A stretch of 60,275 nucleotides of DNA, filler included, from Sphacelaria rigidula (lineage: Eukaryota): the NCBI GenBank assembly GCA_964200075.2. It is 7 parts of 7 records of this genome, joined end to end, with 100 filler letters (N's around TTAATTAATTAA, not from the genome) between each part and the next. Parts side by side here need not be neighbours in the genome. Positions count along the whole stretch, not along the records: positions 8,628 to 17,154 come from CAXNAA020010883.1; positions 17,255 to 25,779 come from CAXNAA020010884.1; 5 more parts are not named here. One strand, 5' to 3'. The notes under the pieces were generated by a model, which did not search any database, was not told where the DNA came from, and saw only the letters and a program-made list of their open reading frames with translations. The position numbers and the translations under genes were made by a program. Positions within the stretch are counted from its first letter, which is position 1; each line of letters opens with the position of its first letter. This document shows, one piece after another, positions 12,501 to 25,879 of the stretch.

Positions 12501-15500
12501 CCAAAAGTAGTATTACCTTCTGTTTTCCTGACGGGGACTCCAGACACCCCTGGGAAGATGTTTTTCCATCCCCTCCTCAAGTAAGCGCCGGGATAATGTA
12601 CTGTTGGGACCTTTTGAATACGAATGACGTAAATGCGATGTCCGTGTTGCCGGGTATGATAACGTGTCTTGAATAATCCGATTTGGTGAAATATATCGAA
12701 TGTAAGATCGTCATTTTACATCGAAAATCATTGAAAATCAGGGTTGATATCGCAAACGGCACGTCGTAGTCGGCGCCGCCACGAAATTTTCAGCAGGAAC
12801 AACATTTTTTTTTCGATTTGAATTAGAACTGAGTCCGCGAGACTTTGACTTTCACGATCTCGAAAGTACCCGTGGGGCAGTGTATATACCCGCAATGGTG
12901 AGTTGCGTCATTTACCATCTCGACAAACTTCTTCTGCCGCTGTTCCAATGCTGATTATTACCGGTTGCTTCATTTGTGGCGATAACGTGTCGGCGGTTTT
13001 CACTCTTTTCAGATCGTATTCTCGTCGAAAAAGCGAATGTGCGACAGGATCGCGCAGCAAGCGTGGGACCGCGGCTTCGCGGTGGAGTCTCTGCACGGCG
13101 ACCGCGAGCAGTGGGAGCGGACAAAGGTACGCACCATATCGCACCTTTACAGCACTGCTGATGTCTATGGCAGTGTTGTGTCTCACTTGTTTGACCCCCC
13201 AATGGGCACACCAAAATATTGACATTCCGAAGACGACCCCGCGCCGGCGAACACGGCGCATGACAGGTGATGGACCAGTACCGTTCAGGAGAGGTGCGGC
13301 TCTTAGTAGCGACCGACGTTGCCGCCAGGGGTCTGGACGTAAAAGATATCGCGTACGTCATCAACTACGACTTCCCTGTTGACGGCGTCGAGGTGAGACT
13401 ATCTTACTGTTGTTAGTATGCCATGGGTGCATCCTGTTTTATTATCACTTTTTCGGAGGCCATAGTGTCGTCTGAAATCTACAGTCGAGATGTACATGCG
13501 AGCGACGGATGTTTGAAGGGGCCATCGTGGCCGAACGCAACCATGTGCGTTGGAGGGCTTTTCAAGCGATGTTTACGCCACAGAACTAGCTCGCCAGTGA
13601 GAGACATAAAATTTGGCCACGGCATGATGGCCTTATACCCGCTTTGAGCTGTTTCTTTTCTTCATTTGGGGAAAAGATCGGCAAGCTTTTGCTCGTTGTT
13701 CTTGTTACGATTAACAGTACTGACACTCACGGTGACGGTAACGGTGACAGGATGCCTCTTGCGCTGTCATCGGGTTGTTGCTGTGGGGGTCCAGAGATCA
13801 TGAACCTGCGCACCGTCGCCCCGTCGGTTGCATCTATTCAGCTGTTTCTTACACTCTAATCGAGATGTTCCGTATCTGCAGTTTCGACACCACGCACACC
13901 CGGAATATTTTTTCACGCCCAAATTTGGCTGGGGAGGATTTCGAGTACTCCAAATCCATGTATTGATAGTTGAGCTTTCAGGCGTGGTCAGACTTCCGAT
14001 AATGACGTTGGTTTACATGATGACGGTAGCTTCTCGGAGTCGTAGCACGGACTTGGACTGTTTGCGAAACGTTCGAGCCACTTGACCGTGATTCAGAAAA
14101 ATCGGGATGGTGTGGTGATTAAAAAGACCAGTGAGGCAGGAGAGTTAATTTTTTATTTCATGGAGACCGCGCCGCACTCCCATGGGGGGGGTGTAGGAAA
14201 AAATCAGCTCACCAAACCACTTGTTCATGCACGTTGGGATAATCCGGCAGTCAACGAGCGGCTGCAGAGGTGTTGATAATGCTTGAATTGTTGTTTTTGC
14301 ACATATTTTCTTGTTCAAGAGGCCGATTCTTATGGCAAACAAGGGTAAATATCTGAAAATGTGTCTCTCTGGAGCTTCTGCGCCGTTGTACGCCCTCACA
14401 GAGAGCTGGGCGGACTTTGACACCTTGCAATACCTTGCAAAATTCGTTGGGACGGTTCTCAACGTTTTTTTCCCTGGTGGCACCAATTTATTGTTGCTCA
14501 AACTTTCATCTTCCTCGGAGACCAGTAAAGTGCAGAACAAGTCCGGAACTTGGGCTCGACAGATCTCTGAGAGAAATGAGCAGTCTCGGGCAAAAATGGA
14601 AGATTAAGGATCAAATTGCGGCCATCGGAAAAACGCACAGGTATACAGGAACCATCTCAACGAGTACCGCGAGGTATTGCAAGGCGTCAAAATCCGCCGA
14701 GCTCTCTTTCAGGGCGTGAGACGACGCAGAAGCTCCGAAAAAGTAGTTTTTCAGATTTGTATCTTGTCTATGCCATAAGAAACGGCTTGAGTCCAAAAAA
14801 TGAGGGAGCAGTGGCACCAGAACTGATATATAACCCGCCCCTTGTTGTGATATATATCGAGCTCCAGTTTTGAGTCAATTTCATGGTATGTTTTTCTAGC
14901 CGAACATGTTCTTATCTTTGTTGCTATTAAGGGAGTTTTGAGTGTATTATAATGGTTACTTTGTCACGACAGCTCATGTTGAAGGCGTGTGAGTATCTTT
15001 TTGCCCCTCGTTTCACCGTGCCGACATTGTCGTGCGGAAGTTGCCATATAAACTACCAGGCCTTGAAGTAGGCGCTGATCGGTACGGCAATTCAGCTGCC
15101 ATGAAACCCACTACCCGAAACGGACAACAACGTGATCCCTGTGGACAAGGTCCAACACACCTCGAACCCTCATCAATCTTGACTCCCATCCACTGCATTG
15201 TCGCCGTGCCCCGAAAATGTAAACTGAAATCCCCGAATCACCCCAACCCGAACCCAAACTGCAACAGAATTACATTCACCGTATCGGCCGGACCGCGCGC
15301 GGAAACGCGAGCGGAAGCGCGTATACGTTCTTTACAAGCGCCGATTCGAAATTTGCTGGAAAGCTGTGCGGCGTTCTCAAGGGCGCGAATCAAGACGTGC
15401 CCCCCGAGTTGCAAAAGTTGGATCGCGGCGGCGGCGGGGGCAGAGGAGGGCGAAGTCTTGGATGGGGGGGTAGAGGGGGCGGTGGCCGTGGCCGCGGGGG

Positions 15501-15549
15501 AGGAAGAGGACGCGGAGGGGGCGGACGCGGGCGCGGCCGGAAATGGTGA
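9524..15549 (+). CDS. DEAD-box ATP-dependent RNA helicase, DDX5/DDX17/DBP2-like, with Lys-rich N-terminus and RGG-rich C-terminus
   Basis: Exons with matching phases: 9524-10334, 10871-11220, 11630-11719, 13013-13126, 13267-13392 and 15268-15549 (TGA). Motifs: Q ([10 protein letters not shown]), [39 protein letters not shown] and HRIGRTAR. The first (ATG) exon upstream of 9524 was not resolved. Confidence 0.95.
14300..14805. mobile_element. Non-autonomous foldback/MITE with long imperfect terminal inverted repeats, in a helicase intron
   Basis: The left arm (~14300-14470; GGAGCTTCTGCG..GAGAGCTGGGCGGACTTTGACACCTTGCAATACCT) is the reverse complement of the right arm (~14640-14805). A related copy is at ~17820-18200. 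Confidence 0.7.
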
Positions 15550-17299
15550 TTTCGCGGAAGTCGTCGTCTGATATTCACACGTTAAAGGCTGACGTTGGAC
15601 TTCAACTCGGTGGTTGTTGAGGGACGGTGAAAGTGTTGCCGACTGTCGATTGGGGTTGGCTGCGTACAGGGTTGGGGGATGTTTTTTTCAGGGTCGTTGC
15701 GATCGCTGCATTCTGTTCCCCCTCTGCATGCCTCTATCTTCGCTCATGTTTTTCAACAGTTTTGCGATGTACGGTACAGCGAAAGAGCAGCAGTCATGTG
15801 GATGGTGGCAAGCTGAGCGTTCATCAACAGGTTCAGAGTTTGTTGTTTAAAATTTTGCCATGCCGCTGTTAAGAAGCGTGTGCCACGTCAAGAGGTTGTA
15901 GTTGTTGCAAGAGAATAAACGTAGCAACCGTTGGCAACCATCGTAAACAACGCGTGCCCTTGGTACTGTGATGAATAGCTATATTTGTTCGTAGCGTGTA
16001 ACGGAGTGTACTCACAATCAAAATTGGGCAGCGTGGCATTTTGTGGATGTCCGGTATCGGCTGTGACGTCATGGCGTACATCCTTCGTATGTGTCCTGTG
16101 CTGAGCTTTTTCATATTGTCATGACAGGCGTGCTACTTGTATGCTTTGAGCAGCAGGCCGGAGTCGGCACGCCAGCCGCACCGCTGCAGTGTGGGATGCT
16201 CCTGGTGCTGAACTGTATTGCCTGCGTGTATGTAGAGTCGTGTCGTGTACGCAACCAACTCGAGGTGTGGGACGTACTATTGATATTAATATGGTCACTT
16301 CTCTTTGATTCGTTGTACCGTACGTGTGTCAGGGCGTGCATTGTACTACTCTCCTCTGGCTTGTTCATGCAAGTGGAGCAAGATATCGCCCGTGGGCTGG
16401 GAGTGTTACCGCGACGAGTGCATCTGTTTGCACAACACTGCTCCGCTGTTTTACAACATGAACTTTTGGTGTGTATGTGGAGGATGAAAAAAGTGGAGGA
16501 ATCGACAAGATGGGTTTATACCGTGGGTTTAGGGGTAGTATGGGGACAGCACACTTTTCGGTGCGGGGAACAGCGCTGCACGCGGGCTGGACACGTCTAA
16601 AAGCCCTGACCTCAACCCTCAACCATCTCCAAAGTTTTGCAATAAGTACAAGTGTCTGATGAAGATCAGCACACTAATATAGTTACACCTGCTGGTCCAA
16701 CTCTTTGTTGTTACGCTATTTCAACAACTGGAGAAGGGAACCTTTCGCCTCCGAAGTACAAAAAACGGGAGACCCCAAAGGATGGTGCTGTTGACTTGAG
16801 GCCACGCATGACATGCAATACCTTCGAATAGTACGTACACTTCTGCGCATCCTTGTCGTACATGATGGCATCATTAGTTTCAGGTGAAGGTGAAGGTATT
16901 CGATACCCAGATGATGGCGTAGGATCCCGATCGAAACAACGGTATTGGGTGAGCGTCCAAGCGGTGTTTATTTTTGCTTCGTACACTGCACTACACTGCT
17001 GCTGCTGATGTAACGTTGGCAGGGTCGGGTGCTTGTGTTGCTGGTATGTCACTGGAACAAACTAGTCGTGATCAATTGTCGCTGTGTGTTGTTGTGTGTG
17101 TGTTGTCATCCCATTTATTCTGGGAACCAGTCTACACCTTTCGGTGTATGTGGGNNNNNNNNNNNNNNNNNNNNNNNNNNNNNNNNNNNNNNNNNNNNTT
17201 AATTAATTAANNNNNNNNNNNNNNNNNNNNNNNNNNNNNNNNNNNNNNNNNNNNACCATCAGAAGGTTACGAGGTTACCAACTGAGCCACCGGGGCGAC

Positions 17300-17807
17300 C
17301 GGTTCAGTAGAGTACGGTTTTCTGTATACCCGGGGTATTTTCCTGGGTATTCACGATACCCGACACTTTCATATCGGCACCCGACAGCTTTGTAAACTCT
17401 GTAAGACTTTCATACCCTGATCCGATAGTTCTGTGAGTTCTGTAAGCCTCCCGTACCGTTACCGGGGGCACGGGTATGTTATTGATGAGATATCCGTTTG
17501 CGAGTACGGTTTTCCGTGCAGTCTCGATACCCTGCACAACAGTTTCCGTGAGTTTTGTACGCCTCCCATACCCTTACCCGACAGTTCTGTGAGTTTTGTA
17601 CATATTGTATGCCCGTACTCGGAGCACGGGTATGCCCTTCAAGAAATACCTGATTGCCGGTACGGTTTTTTGTAAGCCTCCCATACCGCACCCGACAGGT
17701 TTGCGATTTCTGTAAAACTTTCATACCGGTACCCAATATTTCTGTAAGTTCTGTAAGGAAACCCATACCCTGCAAAACGTACACGTACCCTACAGAACAC
17801 AACCTTG
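17300..17807 (+). mobile_element. MITE-like element with internal tandem CCCGACAGTTCTGTGAGTTCTGTAAG repeats
   Basis: Ends in CGTACCCTACAGAACACAACCTTG, the reverse complement of the start of the related copy at 48131 (CAAGGCTGTGTTTTGTAGGGTACG). Confidence 0.7.
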
Positions 17808-19837
17808 CATATTTCACACCCGAAAAAAGAGCCAGGCGGAGTTTGACTCCTTGGAATGACTTCCGCTACTGGTTGAGAAGTAAGTGTCAAGGATTTATCC
17901 GCGTTCCCGATGGCATCAGTATTTTTCTCGTCAAACACGTATGTTTGTCCAAGAACGGTCAAGAACGGTCAAATCTTGAAAAAATTGCCATTTTTCTCTG
18001 GAGTCGACCGTCTCTGGGGAAAATGTTTTTGTGGCCACCAGAAAACGCCAAGACGTCCTGGAACCACCTCAACGAGTAGAGCAAGTAATTCCAAGGTGGC
18101 AAACTCCGCCTAGCTCTCTTCCAGGGCGTGAAGCGACCAAGAACCAAAAAAAGCATTTTTACAGGACTTTTTTGTTTGTCTGCCATGAAGAGCGGCCTCA
18201 AGGACTTTTTACTATGGTGAAGACCATTTCTTCACTAGAACGTCCCCACCTTGGGAAAGAAACAAACATGGTCCAGGCATTTTGGTTTGTAGTACAGGCT
18301 TGTTCACGCTTGTCATCCCAAAAGTGTGTCATCAGCAGATACCTTTCGCAATACGGTCGCATACATGATATCATACTGACCGCCATGGATAGCTGAAGAG
18401 GGTGACATAGCCAAATTTGTGTTGAAGGCCATAGTGGTGGTGCTAAGGGCGAAAAAGTACCTCGACCAATCAGCGCCATTTAAATTGTCCGGAATCGAAA
18501 ATACGAATTCCAAGCCCAATATCCAGCCAATCTCCACATGTTTCAAATCGTAGTAACCGCCATCAGCTCGGGAATCTAAAGGGCAGAATATGTTCGAAAA
18601 TGCTCACTACGGTTCCAATGATAGCCGAAACCGTGGTGTTTCGGTGACGTGGACTTTTGGCTTCGTCTGATTTCCACTGATGATACGCAGGAGAGACCCA
18701 GGGAGCCTCGTGACAATTTCCCTTATATTTGTAAAAAAACTCAGATCGATTTCAAACTTGGCAGTGTCGTAGGTATCGGTGCGTCAAATAGAAAAATTGT
18801 ATTCTTGACATACTTCCAAGTTTCTCCGTTCTCTGCTGGCTTCCGGGGGTCCCAGTGTGAAGACCCCCGAAAGGCGGTAGAGAAAGACGTGTCACGGGGT
18901 AGTCCCACGAAGCATATCTACAAATATTGGTTGAGAAACTCGAAAACCTCATGCACGTTTTCTCGCCTTAACGTTGAATGCACCCAAAAAAGGCGTTTTG
19001 ACACTAAAACGAAGTAGTTAGGAGTTTAGTCGTTTCATGCCCTCGTCATCGCACAAACGTGCAAAGCTTCGCGCTGTTTTCAGGAGTAAGATTCTGAAAC
19101 TTTGCATATATCTGCTATGGGTCATTGCGCAACTTTCGATGGACGTGGGTTTTCTACTTCTTGACCTTTTTACCGCTTGTGGGGGATCCGACGCGTTCCA
19201 AGTTTCCCCCACAATCCTGGGACCCCCCAAAAACGATGAAAAATGAAGAAGAAAAAAAAAGTCGACCTTCGACATTCGCGTACTGGCCCATAGCGGATTT
19301 GTGCAAAATTTTAATGTCTAACTCCTAAGAACGGCGTGAAGTTTTGCGGATGAGTGTAGGTTAATAAGCGCGAACCAGCCCGTATACCGTTGCGATCCTC
19401 CACAATTTCAACGCACAACTCCAGTGACTGAGCTTACACACTGAGTTGAAGACAAAACAGAAAATCCAGATTTCACCAAAACGTTCCCAACTGATGAAAA
19501 AGACGAAAATTCTCGTGAAGCTGATTTGTTTTATTTTGTTTTGCCCTACTTATTCCATGTACCAAATTTTAGAGCGCAAGTCGCAAAATTTAGGATAGAA
19601 TCCCAGATTCAATGCTTGTGCCATCCACACTCGTAAAGTCACCCTCACGCATTACGCAGTCTCTCCGCACTTGAAAGGAGGGATGTTTTACTAGGCACTC
19701 TGTGCAAACTCCACCCCAATCATTGACTTCCCCACACCAGCACCCTACAATACTGTATGAAGGCTCACCAAGCCAATCGCATCACTTGAAAAACGTCTTC
19801 GGCTCGCAACATCTCGTTGTGCACTATGCGGGCGAAG

Positions 19838-22800
19838 GTAATCGGTGTTGGAGGCGGGGGCAGCAACGCCGTCAAGCGGATGATGGAGTCGGAGATCGAG
19901 GGCGTGGATTTCTGGTCTCTCAACACCGATGTGCAGGCGCTTGGTAAGGTCTACGGAGCCCGCACCATGACCATCGGGAACACTATCACGCGCGGGCTGG
20001 GCGCAGGGGGAGTTCCCGACATTGGAAGGCGTGCTGCTGATGAGAGCCGCCAGCAGATCGCGGATATTGTGGTGGGGACGGATCTTGTCTTTGTCACGGC
20101 TGGCATGGGCGGCGGGACAGGTAAATCCCCGAGAGGGCGTTTTGAATGATCGGCTAACTCGGACACGACCGACCCCGCAACCGGGTGAAGGGGAAAGACA
20201 GGATCGATGGCGCACCGGTTGTGTGAAAGAACAAATATGACAAAACCGGCCCGCCGACCAGGTCGATGTCAAACAAAACCGACCCGGCAAGCAGATCGAA
20301 AAAAGCAGAGCCCTGGCGGTGGTGACGTGTTTTTCGCCACGCACGCTCTTTTCTTCATGGATATTGTATTTCTTGGTAAGCCTCTCCCTCCCCCCGAACA
20401 TGACCGTTGTCTTACTTGTCTTTCGGGGATCAACCCATCTCTTCTCCGACAACACACATGCGCATGTTCACCCTTTGACCGCCGGAGGTGGATCATTTGT
20501 GGAACTGGGATCACTTCTACTTGAAAATGATGCCGATTCCATAAACGGACCACCTGCGGCGGTCAAGGGGTTTAAAATGCAGATAGCTTGGAAGTGATGT
20601 AGGTTTCGTCCTCAATAGTGTTCAGGAATTGAACAAGTTCGTCAAAATGGTCGAATCCCCGCATATCTCGAGTTTAGACCCGAACATGAAAGTGTGGAAG
20701 AGCCATGGACCTTTGCTATTTTCGATGTCGCACGTAGACGTGGGTTTTGGTATCAGATGTTGCAGTACCCACGGAAGAGGACCATGACAGGTAAATGGTG
20801 AACTTTTGGGATATGACTGTTCCGTGTACAAATATACGTGAAACCGCTGCATCTGGTCGAAGTCGTCGTTTCCCACTGAATCAGTACGAGTAACCCGAAG
20901 TCTGGCTGCGACAGCGGTCTTGCGTTCATCGTTGCTCACCATCCAGCAGATCGGTGTATCGTAGGTGTGCTCGTAGATCTCGAACAAGGTTTCCTTGACG
21001 CTTTTTCCCGCTTGCTTGTATTGTCTCAGCGGCAGTTTTTACGGAAGATAAGAAGGGTTGAAGGGTTGGTTTTGTGCTTGTTACGCGGGCGTCTATTTCT
21101 CCTGTTACTGCTGGAACATAATACAAACATTGCGGAGTGCAGTAGTTTCTCTTGGTATAATATATATAGCGTGTACTATAACAGCGCCAACCCTCTCCGA
21201 GCTGATCGCTGCAAATTACAGCTATTAAACGTTGGCATGCGGCAGAGTGCCATGTATCGTCGCGGTACCAAACACTGGCTTCGTTGGAAAGTGTCGTTCT
21301 AGATATCTCTTTGAATGGATTTTTTTGTGAGACAACGCCGCCGTCCTCCCTAAAATGGATGATGACCAAACAGGGACCTGTGCGCGGGGTGCTTTTCATC
21401 GTACGTTGAGGTGGTGATCAAATTGCATTTGCGCGCATTGAGTGGACGCCAAACAACGTTTGGCAGCAACACTTGTGTCGGGTAGTCCGGCATGTTTTCG
21501 ATACTAATCGTTTATCGCAAAATTTCGACAATTTTCATCGTAAGGAATTGAAGAATGAAGATGGCAAGCACATATGGGTTGATATCCCGGTGTATAATGG
21601 CGATATGAAATCAAAGAGACGGAAAAATCAAAGTTTGATATATTACTCATCACGCTTTTTTTATTTCGTCTCTGAGATATTTTGCTTTCAGTGGGTACGA
21701 TTTTCTACTTTTTTCTTCGGTTGTACTCACTCCAAAATCTGGTAGGATTCGCCATCTACTCGGTCGTACTGATGTTGGCAAAGATAGAACCGCCTCTGTC
21801 CGCAGCTACGCGGTGGCTGTTGCGATAGTTGACGATCTACGGTACAATACACTACAGTATAGAAGGTGCTCACAACTCTTGCCGGGCACGTTGTGTTTGA
21901 TCGGATGCGATGAGCTTTGTTCACTGACTTGCGTTCACATGTGTGTTGTGTTGTGCTGTGCTGTGTTGTATGTGGTTGCAAGCGGAACAAGTGTGGAGGA
22001 GGGTGATCATGATAGCTTCAAAACAGGAAAACGACCGTTTTTTGCTGTAGCTCTCATACTTTTTCTGTTTTTTTACTCTAGTGGCTTATTTGCATGTGGG
22101 GATTCTTTGCCATCTTTGCTGGACAAGATATCACCCACCCCCGTGGCCCTTCAGTGTGCTTCAGCCACTGTCATGTGCAGAGGCACGCCGTAGGATAAAG
22201 GCAGTATAGTTGATCACTTGGGAGGGTGAGAAATTTCTCCGATAGTTCGACTTGATTTTAGTGCGGACAGTGAAATCCGGATCTTTAATGGGGCTATGCT
22301 CCAAGCGTGCTTCTAGCTTGCGCAGAACGCGTTTTTGTCGAAATCGGCGCCGATTTGAGGTCCGGCAACGCACCCTTCACCAAGGTAACACTTTCCACCC
22401 CCTCACCCGAGGGTTCTCGGTGTGCCTTCGTTGGGGTTAGGGTTAGTGCTAGTGTTATAGCTTGTTCGAAGTTATTAATTTCTGAGAAATTTCTCACCCT
22501 CCCAAGTGATGAACTAACCTTGATGAAGGTGGCGTTGGGGCGCGCGCGATAATCGAAGTTTGTCATGCTCCATGAAGAAATGCAACATCCCTACCCGCGG
22601 CCAGCCAAAACGCCAACTTTTCTCGTCCTTGTTTTTGTTTCGTCACGTGTACAAAGTGCAACAGCAGTAGGTGCATGAGGTATCATCACGGACCATTCAG
22701 CATAGCGCTTAAAAATTGCCATCTAGATGTGCCACACGGCCCCCTTCCAGCAGTACACACCGAGCATCGTGTCCAACGGAAAGCCTGTGTTCAACCGTCT

Positions 22801-25697
22801 GCGCCATCTTTATCCTAACATGTCTATTATCTACACGTTGTAGAGCAAGTTGATTCAATATTCTCGCCCAATGGTTGAATAACGCCAGTGCAACATATGT
22901 TGTTCAACACACGCGGCGGTTTTTACCGTTCAAACAGGGTCTGGCGCCGCTCCAGTGGTGGCCGAGGTAGCGAAAGAAGCCGGAGCTTTGACGGTCGGAG
23001 TGGTGACTAAGCCTTTCAGCTTCGAGGGGCGCAGACGAATGGCACAGGCTAACCAGGTGAAACGCCATTCCGGATCCTTGTCGCTCGTGTGTGGCAAATA
23101 CTCGATCACATTAAATAGCAATTTCGTACTTCTGGCTCGCTCCTTGGCGTAGACCAACCAGACGGATGACCCTTCCGGTTGCCCTTGATACCGCCCTGGT
23201 GCACGGTCACTTGAGTCAGAAGGTTGAAGCTTCGAATCCTGATGAAGGCAGTCTTCCCCCGACACAAGCTGGAACAATGTGCACTATATCCCATACATGC
23301 CATACGATCGTGGAATTTGTGATATTTTTTATTGCTCCTTGGCCCAGACCAGCGAGGTCGATGGTGCTCCCCAGGCTGTTGGTGCTGCCACGTCCTGGTA
23401 GTATTGCTGGTACACCTTGCCGCCGCGCTTTGGTGATGTGATAGTTCGACTGTCGCCATTAGGGCGGAGAGAATGAGGGTTCGATTCCCGATGTAGTGTA
23501 TCTTCTTCGTAATATGTGGTTCCCACTGTGAAAAGCGTGAGAACGTGAGTAAACGAAGTAGTCGTCTGAGTTCGTTTGACGTGAGTTGACGCCTGATCTA
23601 ATCCGCGTGACCGAAATGCAAGGCGTGTACTGGGGAAAGATGGGTTGATCCGTTGAGACCACGGACTCGTCCCGAGGAGGAGGGGGGATCAAAGTGCGAC
23701 AAATGAAGAAAATGAAATGATGATAATTGTAAAAAATAACCAATGGCTGCTTAGGATAGAGGGTTGCAGCTTAGGATGCCATGAGACGCAATCTGAGATC
23801 AAGTATACTGTCGAGCACGTTACATACTTGTCGCGGGTTGTGGCGGCCATTGACATTTTGTTTTCTCTAAGGAGTCTAGGCAGCAAACCACAGTATGCGT
23901 GACATCGCAATAGCAAAGATTTCTGGAGAGAATGAATTGTATTGAAACCGTAGGCGAATAGAACGAAAATATATCCCTTTTTTTCACTCAATGGGAGTCA
24001 ATTCCCTTGAGTGTGCGAGGATGTTCTTCAACTATTACTCTAGCTAGTGACAAGCTCAATGCGGATAGATGAAGCGCTGGTTATTTTGTTGTTGTTGTTT
24101 CGTCTGCACTCCAGGCGATTGCGGCGCTTGAGCAAGCAGTGGACACGCTGATCGTCGTCAACAACGACCAACTGCTCAAGATCATCCCCTCAGACACACC
24201 AGTAGAGCACGCCTTCAAGGTGGCGGATGACGTTCTCCGGCAGGTAACATCACTTTTTGTGCCTTTCACCTCCCTCGTCAGCGTCATGTCACCTCTAGCC
24301 CGTCAATAAAATTATCTCATGACTCGTGCTCTGTGGCTGATAGCTCCGTCGGCACGAAAGGTTTGTTCAACGTTTGCCATTGCCCTCGAAAAATTCACTG
24401 TGACCATAGTATTGATGGCATAATGGTAGAGGGAATGCGTGTGCTACTGCAAACGTTCAACGTGTCTGAGAAATGAAGATTCCGAAGAAGGTTTCACAGC
24501 CTGCAAAAGGCTGATGGAAGGTCGTGCGAAAAATAGCACACCGCTTTCACGAGTTAGTCGAAAACCGACGGTTGGAACATCCTTTTTCTAGTACTGACGC
24601 TACGATCCGGATCTTTAGTGTCGCTGACGTTTTAGGGTCCTGTCATCGTGCGCAGGGCGCATTTTTCAGAGATTAGCACCGCCTCAGGTGCCGATCTGTA
24701 GTGCTGGGGTACTAGCGCAGCCAGCCCACTTTACTGGATCCTGCCAGTACCTTGTGTCCGCGACGCAATAATAGGATTTTCCGTTGAACAGTGAGGCGTT
24801 GTAGTGCAATGTACGTGAAGGAAAGTGCTGGCAGTACTGGCTGCTTTTTTTCTCTGGTACCAATACACCGACAATACCAGTACCAGTAGTATTGCCAGTG
24901 TGTGCTGGTCCATTACCCAGCCCTACCGATCTGGGCTTCGCCGACGCATGCTTTGCCTAGGACGCCCTCTCTACGCTCTTTGCCGGAGAGTCCTCAGCAT
25001 GCCTAGAGTTGAGGTGTTCGACGAATCCAGTGTGTAAAGCATGCGTGTTGAACGAGATCCTCGGGCGAACCGGACTCGAAAAAGCACATGTTTTGACCTA
25101 CTCCTTTCGCCGAAGCCTGGTTCCTGGGAGCGGTTGTTAGTTGACATGAAGATGCGATTGGGTGTCACACCGGTTTCGTGGGTGGTGGCGTTCAATTTCG
25201 AAAATACAAATGCATGTACTGTAGACGGGTGGAGACGACACCCCCGATAACACGGGCACATTGCCGTTACGTGTCTGTACACGTCTGGACGCCCCTTCCA
25301 CATTGGCGACATTGGGTGGATTCGAAATGACCCGCGCGAGTCACGGGGGATTGGGTGGACACCCCGTTTTCAGTACTGATACCTACCGAGAGTCTCGCGG
25401 GGGCGCGTGTGTGTGATACGAAGAGACCCTTTCAAAGTGAGAAGAACGGTAACGAGGGTAGCCGCCGCTTGCTTTGCATATAAAGGTGTAAATTTTACGC
25501 ATACAGGCACGAGCGTTGCCTTTTGTTGACGGTCTCATCCTCTCGTCGATGCCATCCTTTCGCCCTTGATGGCCATGATTTCGGCGTGACCGTGGATGAT
25601 GGACAAAATACGGTGGGCGTTGTGGTTAGGGTGTCGTGGGGATCTCGGACATCATCGTCAAGCCTGGACTCATCAATGTCGACTTCGCCGATGTCAG
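19838..25697 (+). CDS. ftsZ: FtsZ tubulin-like GTPase, nuclear-encoded and probably plastid-division type, partial
   Basis: Exons with consistent phases: ~19838-20120 ([43 protein letters not shown]), 22938-23056 ([22 protein letters not shown]), 24115-24243 ([21 protein letters not shown]) and 25630-25697 ([22 protein letters not shown]). N-terminal targeting exons and the C-terminus are not in this contig. Confidence 0.97.
22213..22510. mobile_element. MITE with a perfect 27-bp terminal inverted repeat, in an ftsZ intron
   Basis: ATCACTTGGGAGGGTGAGAAATTTCTC (22213-22239) pairs with GAGAAATTTCTCACCCTCCCAAGTGAT (22484-22510). There is a possible 3-bp TGA target duplication. Confidence 0.85.
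23425..23720 (+). mobile_element. tRNA-derived SINE-like repeat in an ftsZ intron
   Basis: Pol III B-box GGTTCGATTCC at 23478-23488. The body is shared with the minus-strand copy at ~5000-5450, and it ends in an AAATGA-type simple-repeat tail. Confidence 0.55.
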
Positions 25698-25879
25698 GTG
25701 TGCGCAAATGATATACTTCCTCTGGGGCGAAATATAAGCTCGTTTGGAAAAGCGCAAAATATAAGCTCGATTTACTAACNNNNNNNNNNNNNNNNNNNNN
25801 NNNNNNNNNNNNNNNNNNNNNNNTTAATTAATTAANNNNNNNNNNNNNNNNNNNNNNNNNNNNNNNNNNNNNNNNNNNN

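Noticed and set aside
16000-17000. Possible minus-strand Copia RT relic (..VMRGLK.., ..WLRTRHD..)
   Set aside because: The similarity is too faint to support without a profile search.
19838-20120. ftsZ as bacterial contamination or recent horizontal transfer
   Set aside because: The gene has canonical spliceosomal introns containing host repeats, and nuclear organelle-division ftsZ is expected in algae.
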